Shown one piece after another: positions 31,033-40,856 of a stretch of DNA of 61,486 nucleotides. The stretch comes from Puniceicoccaceae bacterium (lineage in GTDB: Bacteria; Verrucomicrobiota; Verrucomicrobiia; Opitutales; Oceanipulchritudinaceae). The first letter of the stretch is position 1; each line of letters begins with the position of its first letter. The notes under the pieces were generated by a model. The model saw only the letters and a program-made list of their open reading frames with translations, searched no databases and had not been told where the DNA came from. The translations under genes were made by a program, and so were the position numbers. The stretch is from positions 1 through 61,486 of the forward strand of contig JBFOMH010000022.1 of the NCBI GenBank assembly GCA_040830765.1, read 5' to 3'.

Positions 31033-32184
31033 ATGCTCATCTTAAGCAGCTACATTTCCCGCCTGGTGACCATCACCAGCCTGTCGGGTATCCTGCTGTT
31101 TGTCTTTATCCTCATTACCGGCAATGCCATGCGGGACATCATTGGCCTGCTGGCCAACGGGACGATCCCGTTCTCGCTCTTCCTCGAGCTGCTCTGGCTG
31201 CTGGTCCCCTATGCGTTCTCTTTCGCCATGCCGCTGGGGGTGCTCATTGGGATTCTGCTGACCATGGGACGGATGTCCGCCAACCAGGAGCTGACGGCCC
31301 TCAAGGCGGCCGGGGTCTCCCTCTATGCGGTCGCCGCGCCGGTCCTCTTTGTCGCGCTCTGCGGCAGCCTGCTGGCCATCTACATCAACACCATCCACGC
31401 CCCGCAGGCCCGGGCCTCCTACAAGGCCATCCTCAATGACCTCGTGCGGACGGATCCCCTGCGTTTCATTGTCCCGCGGACTTTTATCCACGACTTCCCT
31501 GGCTACGTGCTCTACGTCGGGGAAAAGGACGAGGGCCGGATGAAGGAGTTCTGGCTCTGGGAACTCGATGAACAGAAGCGGGCGGTACGCCTCCTGCGGG
31601 CGGAGGAGGGGAGTTTCGCCTTTGATGAAGCGACGGACTCCCTCATCCTGACGCTGGCGGAGGGCTTTACCGAGCTGCGCAGCAAGTCCAACCCGGACGA
31701 CCTCCAGGCCATCCAGCCGACCCTTTCCTTCCGCGATGCCCGCATCCGGCTCCCCCTGGCCAGTCTCCTCGGGGCGGCCAACCAGCCAAAGCGGCTGAGC
31801 AACTACAAGATGGATGAGCTCCTGCAGCGCAAGGACGAGGCAGAGGCGCTGGTCGCCGCCAGTTCCTCGCCCGATGCGGTGGCGGCCGCCCGGGCCGATG
31901 AACTCCGCGTGCAGTACCACATTTCCCGACGCTTCGCCATGGCCGCGAGCGTCTTCTCCCTCGCCCTCTTTGCCGTCCCGCTGGGAATACGCGTCAGCCG
32001 GACAGAGACCCACGCCAACTTTGCCGTCGCCCTGGCCATCGCCATGACCTACTACATCGTCCTCGTGGTCATTGGCTGGCTCGAGAATTCCCCCCACCTG
32101 CGGCCGGATATCCTCGTCTGGATGCCCAACATGGTCGCCCAAGCCCTCGGGTTCTGGCTCCTCATCCGCGCGGCACAGCATTAA
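31033..32184 (+). CDS. LptF/LptG family LPS export permease
   Basis: MPLGVLIGILLTMGRMSANQELTALKAAGVS, a periplasmic jellyroll region, AVPLG, and W-x-PN near the C-terminus. Confidence 0.9.
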   Translation: MLILSSYISRLVTITSLSGILLFVFILITGNAMRDIIGLLANGTIPFSLFLELLWLLVPYAFSFAMPLGVLIGILLTMGRMSANQELTALKAAGVSLYAVAAPVLFVALCGSLLAIYINTIHAPQARASYKAILNDLVRTDPLRFIVPRTFIHDFPGYVLYVGEKDEGRMKEFWLWELDEQKRAVRLLRAEEGSFAFDEATDSLILTLAEGFTELRSKSNPDDLQAIQPTLSFRDARIRLPLASLLGAANQPKRLSNYKMDELLQRKDEAEALVAASSSPDAVAAARADELRVQYHISRRFAMAASVFSLALFAVPLGIRVSRTETHANFAVALAIAMTYYIVLVVIGWLENSPHLRPDILVWMPNMVAQALGFWLLIRAAQH

Positions 32185-32236
32185 AAAAGATTTGCTTCCC
32201 CCCGCGAAGGTGGATTCCTTTCTCTCTTTCTTAAAT

Positions 32237-32321
<85 letters not shown>

Positions 32322-32385
32322 CTCGACAAGCATGTGGCAGGCCAAGCGAGAGATTGGACTAACACGTGTGCGGGCGAGTGCCCTG

Positions 32386-32425
32386 CCGAAGGGCCTGAGT
32401 TTACCGAAGGGAGCTTGCCGAAGGG
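32386..32425 (+). repeat. Three short CCGAAGGG-core repeats (REP-like) downstream of the tRNA
   Basis: CCGAAGGG at 32386, 32404 and 32418, within CCTGAGTTTACCGAAGGG and AGCTTGCCGAAGGG. Confidence 0.55.
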
Positions 32426-32505
32426 CGACAAAACGAGGCCAGGCAAACGCGGGGTGAATACGTGCACAGGTTCGAATCCTGAACCCCATAGAGTCTCCAG
32501 GGTGA

Positions 32506-33414
32506 TTAGTTTAACAATCGCTGTTCGCGCCACTCGAGCGCTGCCTTGATCGGATGATACAAGCGCGAATTTGGAGTGAGGACACTCCGATTGTCTAACC
32601 TAATCAATTCAGATTGACCGTCCACACGGTCATCGAGACGGGATGAAACCCTCCATTTTCCATTCGGGCACGGTGCTATAAGATGCCTGTCCATCGCATA
32701 GTGATGGTTGCGGCAAAGAGCTATTCCATTTCGGGGATTGTCATTGTGAGACTCAGAATAAGGGATCAGGTGTGCCGCTTCAACCAGAGAGATATTATCG
32801 ATTCGAATTCGTAATCCGCATGCTGCGCAGCGGTGATCATAAACTTCCATAACAACCTTACGGAAGCCGGCATCGCGACCCGGTGGAGGTTCTTTAACTG
32901 CTTGGGTATCCTCCTTATCTTCAGTTGAGGTATTTAGATTGCAGACATGCCTAATGGCTTCACGGTGTTCCGAAAAATAACGGCTAACGATCGCCTCTCT
33001 AAGGAGTTCGCGGTTAACCGGATTAGCCATATGGGCGAATAATACTGGATCGATTACGGCGAATTGCACTTGATCGATCAACTTACTCCAAGATGGAGCA
33101 TGCTTCGGTTGCCCTGGAGCATAGATGGGTGCGCATTCAGGTTTCATGCAGAGTTTCCAAAATGACTCTCCAGACATAAAATAGAATGGATTTTGTGGGG
33201 TTTCCTTGTCATCCTCTTTACGCACTACTTGGAAATATGAGTGGAATAACGCCTTTAATTTCTCACTCGGAGGTACTTGTCCAAACTTAACAAGCTTCAA
33301 TTCGACGAGATCCATGATCGCCAATAGCATTACTGGCTTATGAGGTCGTTCATGCTTCCCCTGCTTGTCTCGGCGGAGTGAATATAATTCAATTACGACT
33401 TCTTCTAGTGTCAT
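32506..33414 (-). CDS. HNH endonuclease with SBD-like N-terminal domain (putative modification-dependent type IV restriction enzyme)
   Basis: N-terminal RPHKPVMLLA and PQNPFYFMSGESFW. C-terminal RDAGFRKVV, CAACG, EAAHLIP, NGIALCRNHHYAMD. Confidence 0.8.
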   Translation of the reverse strand: MTLEEVVIELYSLRRDKQGKHERPHKPVMLLAIMDLVELKLVKFGQVPPSEKLKALFHSYFQVVRKEDDKETPQNPFYFMSGESFWKLCMKPECAPIYAPGQPKHAPSWSKLIDQVQFAVIDPVLFAHMANPVNRELLREAIVSRYFSEHREAIRHVCNLNTSTEDKEDTQAVKEPPPGRDAGFRKVVMEVYDHRCAACGLRIRIDNISLVEAAHLIPYSESHNDNPRNGIALCRNHHYAMDRHLIAPCPNGKWRVSSRLDDRVDGQSELIRLDNRSVLTPNSRLYHPIKAALEWREQRLLN

Positions 33415-33417
33415 TCC

Positions 33418-35514
33418 TTAATTAATCACAGGGATTCCAAGTCCCATAAGATATGCGTAGGTCGAATCGTAAAATTCAGGATTACGAGTTGGGTCTTCCG
33501 GATCACCCTGGGGTACAAAAATCACCATTCCTTGTCGCGCTCTAGTTAACAGAACACGGTACGCATTCAGCAGGTACTTCTGATTATCCTTTTTTCTGAC
33601 ATTATTCCATTTAGTACCTTTGAAATCATGGTAACTCCAACTATTTGAAACGAACCGTAAGTCTGCATCCCAGCTTACACATGCCCAATCAACTTCGAGT
33701 CCTTGGACTTGGAATTCGGTCGCGGCATCTTCTAAATAGTAGCTTGAGCGGGTATCATCCTTACCATTGAGAAACCAATGTATAGGATTGATCGAAGCCC
33801 TGATGTCGATTGCATGAGGTTTAAGGCGCATGGCTTTTGAGGATGCCAATATACCTGACCGTTCTGAGCCCCGAGCTTTGCCACGAATCCAACTCTTAGC
33901 ACAGGCAAGTGAACGAGTTAGCGCAATAGGATATCGCTCAACCAATCCCAGTAAGTGGTTTCTTGCTAACTCTTGATCCTTATCTAGTACCGCTTTAACA
34001 AAGTCTGAGACATTTTCTGCTCTAAAAGAGCGCATCGAAACGGATAAGTGAAGTTCTTCTGAGGTTTCTACTCTCGCCTTGTTTTCAATTAATTGAATTG
34101 CGTTTCCTGCAGCGTACTCTCGATCTTTCAGCGAGTTACTGATAAATATCTTCCAGTCAGGAAATGAACAATTTACTGCTTCTAGCCATGCTCCAATCCC
34201 TGCCTCGCCTGTATGAATTTCTTGACCACCTCCCACTAGACAAACAATAAGAGCCCAATCTTGATGTCTATTTAAGTACGAAATCAGGAACTCTGGCTCC
34301 GATTTATCAAAACCAGTTATACCTTTTCTCCGTTTCATGAAATCTGATGTTTTTTCAAGATTCCATGCACGTTGAGCTTCATCGAAAATGACTATGTGAT
34401 CGGCCGGAGCCTTATTATCAATAAGACCTTCATCACGAAAGTGATGAACCTTTTGGATAAACGCTCTCACTCGAGTTTTGATATCTCCCTTGCGAACTTT
34501 CTCCCCAGCGATCTTTCTTCGATCGAATTCATCTCTGGTTAATGCCTCTACTAGAACTTCAACCAGCGGATCATTTCCTGAAAGAAATACAGCATGGGTC
34601 GGGCTCCCTGGATCACTCTTCCTCGTTGCTACATTTAATCCTACAAGAGTTTTTCCTGCTCCTGGAACACCAGTCACAAAACAAATTATTTTTTGTTTAT
34701 TTTGTTTTGCTTTGTCTACCAGTTCTTCAATGAACGACGATGTTGATGCAAGATTCTTAGCCCCTGCATCGCTCCTAGCAATGGCCTCAACTGAATGGCG
34801 AGAATACAGGTTCCGGGCGGCTTCAACAATTGTCGGAGTAGGTTGATATCCAGATTCTAACCAATTCTTTTGATCCAGTAGCTCAGATGGGTGTCGAACA
34901 AACGCCAACTTCATTACATTCTTTAATTCATTACTGCCAATACTAACTGGCTTATAAACGCTATCTTTCGCTATTACAAAGGAGACAGGAGGGGAACTCC
35001 TTGCGCCAGTGGCTATCAAAATGGGAAGAATAGGTATATTGTGACTCCCTTCATGAAAGTTTTTCAAATCTAGAGCATAATCCCATGCCTGATCAATAGC
35101 TGTGCCTTCAAATGAGCTTTCTCCTACCTTAAACTCTAAAATGAAAATTAATGAACTTGTTAGAACTACGGCATCAATTCGACTTCCCATTCTTGGAATC
35201 GAGTACTCTAATAGGATTGAGCCATTGAATTCTCTAAGTTGTGATTTGAGTTCGGCGATTTGTCCTAGCCATGCATCCCTTTGATTTAGGTCAACGGAGA
35301 AAGTACTATTTTTGGTTAGTTCGCCCAATACTTCAAATGGCTTAGCCACAATGAAATCCGAAATGGAACTGCTAAACCATGCTCTAGATAAGTGCGTGGA
35401 ATTGTTTTGGTTGGGCTCGCTGTGGTTTGACTCAGAATTTAACGGCATTTCAATCTCTGAAGCTACACGTGAGGTAATGCTTGGAAATTTAATGGTCAAG
35501 GTTTGTATGTTCAC
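33418..35514 (-). CDS. DUF2075-family (Schlafen group 3-like) helicase with N-terminal PD-(D/E)xK-like nuclease domain
   Basis: RIDAVV...ILEFKVG...QAWDY; Walker A GVPGAGKT; DEAQR; QGLEVDW; YRVLLTRARQG. AT-rich. The exact start is uncertain. Confidence 0.8.
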   Translation of the reverse strand: MNIQTLTIKFPSITSRVASEIEMPLNSESNHSEPNQNNSTHLSRAWFSSSISDFIVAKPFEVLGELTKNSTFSVDLNQRDAWLGQIAELKSQLREFNGSILLEYSIPRMGSRIDAVVLTSSLIFILEFKVGESSFEGTAIDQAWDYALDLKNFHEGSHNIPILPILIATGARSSPPVSFVIAKDSVYKPVSIGSNELKNVMKLAFVRHPSELLDQKNWLESGYQPTPTIVEAARNLYSRHSVEAIARSDAGAKNLASTSSFIEELVDKAKQNKQKIICFVTGVPGAGKTLVGLNVATRKSDPGSPTHAVFLSGNDPLVEVLVEALTRDEFDRRKIAGEKVRKGDIKTRVRAFIQKVHHFRDEGLIDNKAPADHIVIFDEAQRAWNLEKTSDFMKRRKGITGFDKSEPEFLISYLNRHQDWALIVCLVGGGQEIHTGEAGIGAWLEAVNCSFPDWKIFISNSLKDREYAAGNAIQLIENKARVETSEELHLSVSMRSFRAENVSDFVKAVLDKDQELARNHLLGLVERYPIALTRSLACAKSWIRGKARGSERSGILASSKAMRLKPHAIDIRASINPIHWFLNGKDDTRSSYYLEDAATEFQVQGLEVDWACVSWDADLRFVSNSWSYHDFKGTKWNNVRKKDNQKYLLNAYRVLLTRARQGMVIFVPQGDPEDPTRNPEFYDSTYAYLMGLGIPVIN

Positions 35515-38500
35515 TGCACTCCATACGGCCCAGCCTCCTCAGCCACCATCGCGGCTGGCTCCGTCTTCTCTCGCCAGACAACTTCCACGATTGGGATCTC
35601 CCAGGAGTCGCACCGGACTGTCATTCCGCTTGGAATTTCTGAATCCTCTTTGTAGCGGCGGACAATCGCCTTGGTGAAAACCGACTGGATGTGGTCAAGA
35701 CGGTCTGCCCATTTGGTGCCTCCCTTAGCTGATAGGCTAGCAACCGCGACTCGGTTGGCCGTTCTTATCTCAATTTTCTCTCCATTACGATGGAGGAATA
35801 AGGGCGTGCCAGTTGAGATGGCGGAAAGCTCCTTATGGATTCTGGCTTGTGCATCCCGCAATCCGGCGAAGCTGATAAAGATCTCATCTAAGCCGATGAT
35901 GTCGTATCTTAAATCACAGATCGAATCAACGCGCTCTCGATGATTGGGTGGTGGTTCCCATGTTCTCTGGAGAATGGCACTTCCGTGCAGGCACTCCAAC
36001 CATTTTACCAACTGTGGACTTTTGAAAAGTGTGAGAGTCTGCTCGGCGCGGGTCATGGCGACATAATACAACCGACGTTCCTCTTCTACCTCTGTTATCG
36101 TGCCTATCGTCATCCAATGAGGTGATAGGATAAAAACATGGGGAAACTCAAGGCCCTTGGCCCGGTGGGCATTTGTCAGGATGACACCTGTATGGTTGTG
36201 CTTTTCCCTTTTATGCTCCTGAAGGGCTTCTGTGTAGAAATCCCTAAGGAAGCGGACTGGAAAGTCTCCATCGCCGCAATCAGCCTTCCACTCCTCTGAG
36301 ATTTGGTAAAGCAGTTGGCACCACTCATTATTACCGTACTTCTCCGTATGCTCAGTGAGCAAATTGGTGAGATTTTCCGGTGTCCACGTTTCTGAATCAG
36401 CGGCTTGCAGGCGCAACAGCCACTGGTGGATCTCGCGGATGCGAAACGGTGAAGGCAAGGACTCTGTGTCAGCACGCCAGTCTACCGGAATATCGGCCGC
36501 TTCGAGCACAGCCCGCATTGGATTGAGATCTGCCTTGTTTCGCGAAAGAATAGCGAATTGGTTCCATGTTGTATCTGGATTCAGTTCGCGAATCTTCTGC
36601 ATTTCCCGAAGAACCAATGCAGCATCATAGAGCGGTTCATTGCTCTCAATGACTTGCACACGCCCTTTACGAAATGCATCCAACTTTTCATAATCACCAC
36701 CTGGCGGATGGCTTTTCCGACCCTCATTCACGCGGATCTCATGATCCGTTTTCATACGGTCCTTATTGAGACGGATCAATTGGTTGGCGGAATGAATGAT
36801 GTTGGATGTTGAGCGGTAGTTCTGTACGAGGTAATGAATCTCGGCTTGGTAATCTTCCTTGAATTTCTGGATGAACGTGATGTTTGCATCCCGGAAGCCA
36901 TAGATGCTCTGGTCATCATCGCCCACTGAGAGAATGGACAACTTCTGATCGGAGTCATTCAAGGTGCGCCCGGCAATCTCAGATAGAAAATCATACTCTC
37001 TTTGTGAGATATCCTGATACTCATCGACGAGGATATGTTGGTAACCGCGTAGGACACGCGAGCGTAAGGTGTCCTCCTGTTCCTCAGTATCATCCGAGGG
37101 TGATCTGAGGTATTCGGTCGCATCCGTAATCAGTGAATCGAAGTCGATGGTCTCTGGCGGAGATTTTGCACCCTCATCAGCAAATGTCCGACCCAACAGG
37201 CTCAAGGCGAGGCCATGGTACGTCTGGATGGTGACTCCCCGGGCATCGTCGCCGACGAGCTGATAGATGCGTCTGCGCAGGGTCAGGCATGCATGCCGGT
37301 TAAAGCATACTACCAAAATACTCCTCGGCCGTACGCGTCGTACCCGTAAGAGATAGGCACAACGATGCGAGACTACCCGTGTCTTGCCGGATCCTGGTCC
37401 TGCGAGGACAAGCATGTTCTGTCTCTCGGGTGCAGCGACAATGGCCTGTTGGTCCTTGTTGCCCAGGCTCTCGACAATTTGGAGATAGGACTCCATGCCG
37501 GTGGCCAACTCCAGTTCCTTTGATCTGCCGGCGAAGTAGCGATTCGCGAATTCAGCATTTCCAAGCTCAAAATAATCGCTGATCAATTTCAAATGAGCGG
37601 TCAAGGAGTCCATCCCAAGCTTGGCGTATTCCGCCATTACGTGGATTTGGAAATTCTTTTCCTGATAATAGATCTCCAGTCGATCGAAATGAGCTTTGCC
37701 GAATCGCTTTGTGTATTTACCGTCCGCATCCTTCTTCAGTGTTATTTGCATGCTCTGGGTAAAGAGCGCTTTGCCTTTCTTTAGAACGATGACTCCCTGG
37801 TCATGCAGCGATACCAATACGAAACGGATGATATCGGACAAGGATCGTGAAGTGCTTCCTGCGAACATTATGTCCTCTTTTAACAGGTCCAGCAGCTCTG
37901 ATTCAGAGAACTCTATCTCATGCCGGCCTTTACCGAACTGCTCCCGTGCCAATCGGAGAATATATTCGAGGAGCAGGGCACCGGCATTCTGTCTTAAATC
38001 GACGGAATTGACAATCGGGTCCCAACCATCCGGCAATTCAACTAAATAGCCAGTTCCATGCTTCTTGGAGATAAATGCGCTTGCCCCTCCATCGATCCTA
38101 GGGCGATCGCGCTTCCAGAGCTCCATTATCTTTGGAATTTCTTCCACCAATGTCTTTTCGCCGAGTTGGTTTGAGAGGCTGGTATTGAGTCTTTTGAGAC
38201 TCAGTGGAACAGCTCCCTCTGGATTAGGATCCTTTTCCCGCAAAGCATTCAGCATCTGGTTTTCCACATGAATCCATCTTTTCCGGGTCAGGTCGGAGGA
38301 AGCCGCAATGTCTACCTTCACGATAGCACTAATGAGCAGATCCTTTTTGATGAGTCCGGCATCCGCCATGTCATTCAATGTACCGAATATTGGGCGGTAG
38401 CGGTTCCAAAAGCGGCCGTGCTTTTCCTTCTCTATCTCGTAAATGCGGGCCATCGCCGGTACTTCGGCAAAGCGCTCAACAGCGTCCGGCGCATCCTCCG

Positions 38501-40793
38501 GCAGATTGATGAACACCCGCATGAACTGTCTCCAGAGTTCGGCGATATTGGCGGGTAAGTCTGCTTGTTTGATGTAATTCTCCACCTCATCCAGGTCTTC
38601 GACGAGTGGACGCCCTTGAAACACGCGGGTCAGGTTGTCATTCCGGGCGAGAAATGCTCCCTCCTCGAGGACGGATATGGCCGTCTTGACCTTGGTATCG
38701 ATGAGACCCTCAGGATCGTCCTCAATGGTGGTACCCCCCCGGCAGCCCAAGAGGATCTCCCTTGTTGAAACAGATATGCTGTCATCGCGCCCGCTGCGCC
38801 GCTCAGCTGTTCTTAGTGCTGACAGGATTTTCCGGATATCTGACTCATAGATTCTTGAAAAGGCGCCCATGCTGAACTGCCGTTCGAGATCCTTGGCGCT
38901 GTAAAGGAGAACACACTCCGCCGGCTTCCGGTCACGACCGGCTCGTCCGGCTTCCTGCAAGTAATTCTCCAATGACCCCGGGACATCCGCATGGATGACT
39001 AAGCGGATGTCTTCCTTGTCGATACCCATCCCAAAAGCGTTGGTCGCACAAATGACCTGGATTTCATTGGCAATGAACCGGTCAAGGATGTCCTTCTTTT
39101 CATCCGGATCCAGACCGGCGTGGAAGAACTCGGCCTTCCACTTGAGCCCTTGAAGAATAAGGGCAGTTTGCTCTGCATGTTTTCTTGTTGCGACGAAGAC
39201 AACAGCCGCACCATTTATCCCTTCCAATCGATCCTTCAGTATTTCGTGAATCCTTACAGCTTTTTGTGTGCTTTCAACCGGCTCCACCCGGTAGGCGAGA
39301 TTCGTCCGCTCGGCCCCACCATCCAATACCAGCAAATCCTGTCCAAGCTGATCTCTGAAGTGCTGGGATATCTCATCCTTTACATCCTCCTTGGCTGTAG
39401 CCGTCAGGCAAACGACCGGAGCAATCTCTTCAATGTGGGTAAATTCCGCCAGCTCACGAATGAATCGTGCAATGTACAAGTAGTCGGGACGAAAATCATG
39501 TCCCCATTTTGATATGCAGTGGACCTCATCACATACCCAGTAGGCGATATCCCGGGAAGCGATAGCGCTGCGGAAGGATGGATTGCGGAGTTGTTCGGGC
39601 GAGACATAGATGATCCCGATACCGCCCAGACTGAGCTCTTCCAGCAGCTCGCCTCGTTCGGGCGGGGTGAGCAGGCCATACAAGGCTCCAATGCAACGCA
39701 CTCCTGTCTTCTTGGCCAGGCCATCAACCTGATCTTTCATCAAGGCCTGGAGAGGTGAGATGACGACAGTTAGCGACCCATCCCGGTAATACCGTTGCAG
39801 AGCCGGAAGTTGGAAACAGAGCGATTTCCCCCCGCCAGTTGGTAAAATGGCCATTATGGGTCTTCCCCCGATCGTCTGCCGGACGATTTCCTCCTGTAGG
39901 CTGCGTGCTGGATCAGTTGGTAAGCTGGGTTCCGGCCTAAACGAATCGTAATTGAAGAACTTCTTGAGTTGCCGGACCGGATCATGCGTTTCCGAACAAT
40001 ATGTACAGGATGCATCACCGCAGGGTACGGATCTCAACTCATGCATCACATCGTAAACGCCCGGGAACTGGCGCTTGACCCACGGGGGAACTATCGAGTC
40101 GGTTCCGGCTACCCGGATCCATGCCGACACGTAGGCCAACGAAATCCACATTGGGGGATCCGTTGTATCGCTTACCAGTCGACTCAGGCCTGCATGGCAA
40201 AATCGTTCGGGATAGCGTTCTTTGAAGAGCCGGAGCGCCTCAATTGGATCTACTACATCCGCCTCCAATAAATTGGAAATCAGGCCTAATCCGGCTTTAA
40301 CCTGCCCGGGCAGATTACCAGAGGAGAGCAGTGCCTGGAGAATTGACCAGTCGGCTAGCTGGTAGTCACCCAGTGCTTGCAGGGCATCCTCCGCTATCTG
40401 TCGACTGGCCTCCGCGTCATTAAGCGGATTGCTCTTCGATGCGGTCACCAGCTTATCGTTCTTGATCAGTCGGTGATAGGGTTTCTGCGGAAAGGCGAGG
40501 GGAGAGAGGAGCAGCGTGTCAAGGACCGGAAGCTCTAAGAGATTGGGACACGACTTTGTGTCAGCAATGACGGGCAGGTCATGCCAGAGAATGTTGTGCC
40601 CGCCAACAAACCTTGCCTGGCCCGCAATCTCCCCAAGGCGGGAGAAAACCTGCTTCCTTTCTTTAGTGGACTTTCCAATCTGCCGCTCGTCCCCATAACA
40701 GTAGCCGACTTCACGGATTTTCCCGTCCAGCGTCGTCTCGAGGTCGATGAATACCCCCTCTAAACAGAATGAATTTACTGATTTGTCGGCCAT
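35511..40793 (-). CDS. Exonuclease-like / RecQ (SF2) / UvrD (SF1) multi-domain helicase fusion
   Basis: N-terminal IDLET...GHNILWHD...DTL...NPLNDA. RecQ motifs PTGGGKS, DEVHCISKWGHDFRPDY, TATA, AFGMGIDK, QEAGRAGRD. UvrD motifs AGPGSGKT, VDEYQD, GDDDQSIYGFR, NYRS, HRAKGLEF, EERRLYYVAMTRA. Start is either 40793 or 40826. Confidence 0.88.
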   Translation of the reverse strand: MADKSVNSFCLEGVFIDLETTLDGKIREVGYCYGDERQIGKSTKERKQVFSRLGEIAGQARFVGGHNILWHDLPVIADTKSCPNLLELPVLDTLLLSPLAFPQKPYHRLIKNDKLVTASKSNPLNDAEASRQIAEDALQALGDYQLADWSILQALLSSGNLPGQVKAGLGLISNLLEADVVDPIEALRLFKERYPERFCHAGLSRLVSDTTDPPMWISLAYVSAWIRVAGTDSIVPPWVKRQFPGVYDVMHELRSVPCGDASCTYCSETHDPVRQLKKFFNYDSFRPEPSLPTDPARSLQEEIVRQTIGGRPIMAILPTGGGKSLCFQLPALQRYYRDGSLTVVISPLQALMKDQVDGLAKKTGVRCIGALYGLLTPPERGELLEELSLGGIGIIYVSPEQLRNPSFRSAIASRDIAYWVCDEVHCISKWGHDFRPDYLYIARFIRELAEFTHIEEIAPVVCLTATAKEDVKDEISQHFRDQLGQDLLVLDGGAERTNLAYRVEPVESTQKAVRIHEILKDRLEGINGAAVVFVATRKHAEQTALILQGLKWKAEFFHAGLDPDEKKDILDRFIANEIQVICATNAFGMGIDKEDIRLVIHADVPGSLENYLQEAGRAGRDRKPAECVLLYSAKDLERQFSMGAFSRIYESDIRKILSALRTAERRSGRDDSISVSTREILLGCRGGTTIEDDPEGLIDTKVKTAISVLEEGAFLARNDNLTRVFQGRPLVEDLDEVENYIKQADLPANIAELWRQFMRVFINLPEDAPDAVERFAEVPAMARIYEIEKEKHGRFWNRYRPIFGTLNDMADAGLIKKDLLISAIVKVDIAASSDLTRKRWIHVENQMLNALREKDPNPEGAVPLSLKRLNTSLSNQLGEKTLVEEIPKIMELWKRDRPRIDGGASAFISKKHGTGYLVELPDGWDPIVNSVDLRQNAGALLLEYILRLAREQFGKGRHEIEFSESELLDLLKEDIMFAGSTSRSLSDIIRFVLVSLHDQGVIVLKKGKALFTQSMQITLKKDADGKYTKRFGKAHFDRLEIYYQEKNFQIHVMAEYAKLGMDSLTAHLKLISDYFELGNAEFANRYFAGRSKELELATGMESYLQIVESLGNKDQQAIVAAPERQNMLVLAGPGSGKTRVVSHRCAYLLRVRRVRPRSILVVCFNRHACLTLRRRIYQLVGDDARGVTIQTYHGLALSLLGRTFADEGAKSPPETIDFDSLITDATEYLRSPSDDTEEQEDTLRSRVLRGYQHILVDEYQDISQREYDFLSEIAGRTLNDSDQKLSILSVGDDDQSIYGFRDANITFIQKFKEDYQAEIHYLVQNYRSTSNIIHSANQLIRLNKDRMKTDHEIRVNEGRKSHPPGGDYEKLDAFRKGRVQVIESNEPLYDAALVLREMQKIRELNPDTTWNQFAILSRNKADLNPMRAVLEAADIPVDWRADTESLPSPFRIREIHQWLLRLQAADSETWTPENLTNLLTEHTEKYGNNEWCQLLYQISEEWKADCGDGDFPVRFLRDFYTEALQEHKREKHNHTGVILTNAHRAKGLEFPHVFILSPHWMTIGTITEVEEERRLYYVAMTRAEQTLTLFKSPQLVKWLECLHGSAILQRTWEPPPNHRERVDSICDLRYDIIGLDEIFISFAGLRDAQARIHKELSAISTGTPLFLHRNGEKIEIRTANRVAVASLSAKGGTKWADRLDHIQSVFTKAIVRRYKEDSEIPSGMTVRCDSWEIPIVEVVWREKTEPAAMVAEEAGPYGVQ

Positions 40794-40856
40794 ATACGAT
40801 CCCAGTGATGCCACGTGTCTAGGCATTTGGGATCAATTGGTCAACTCTGGGGAGCT

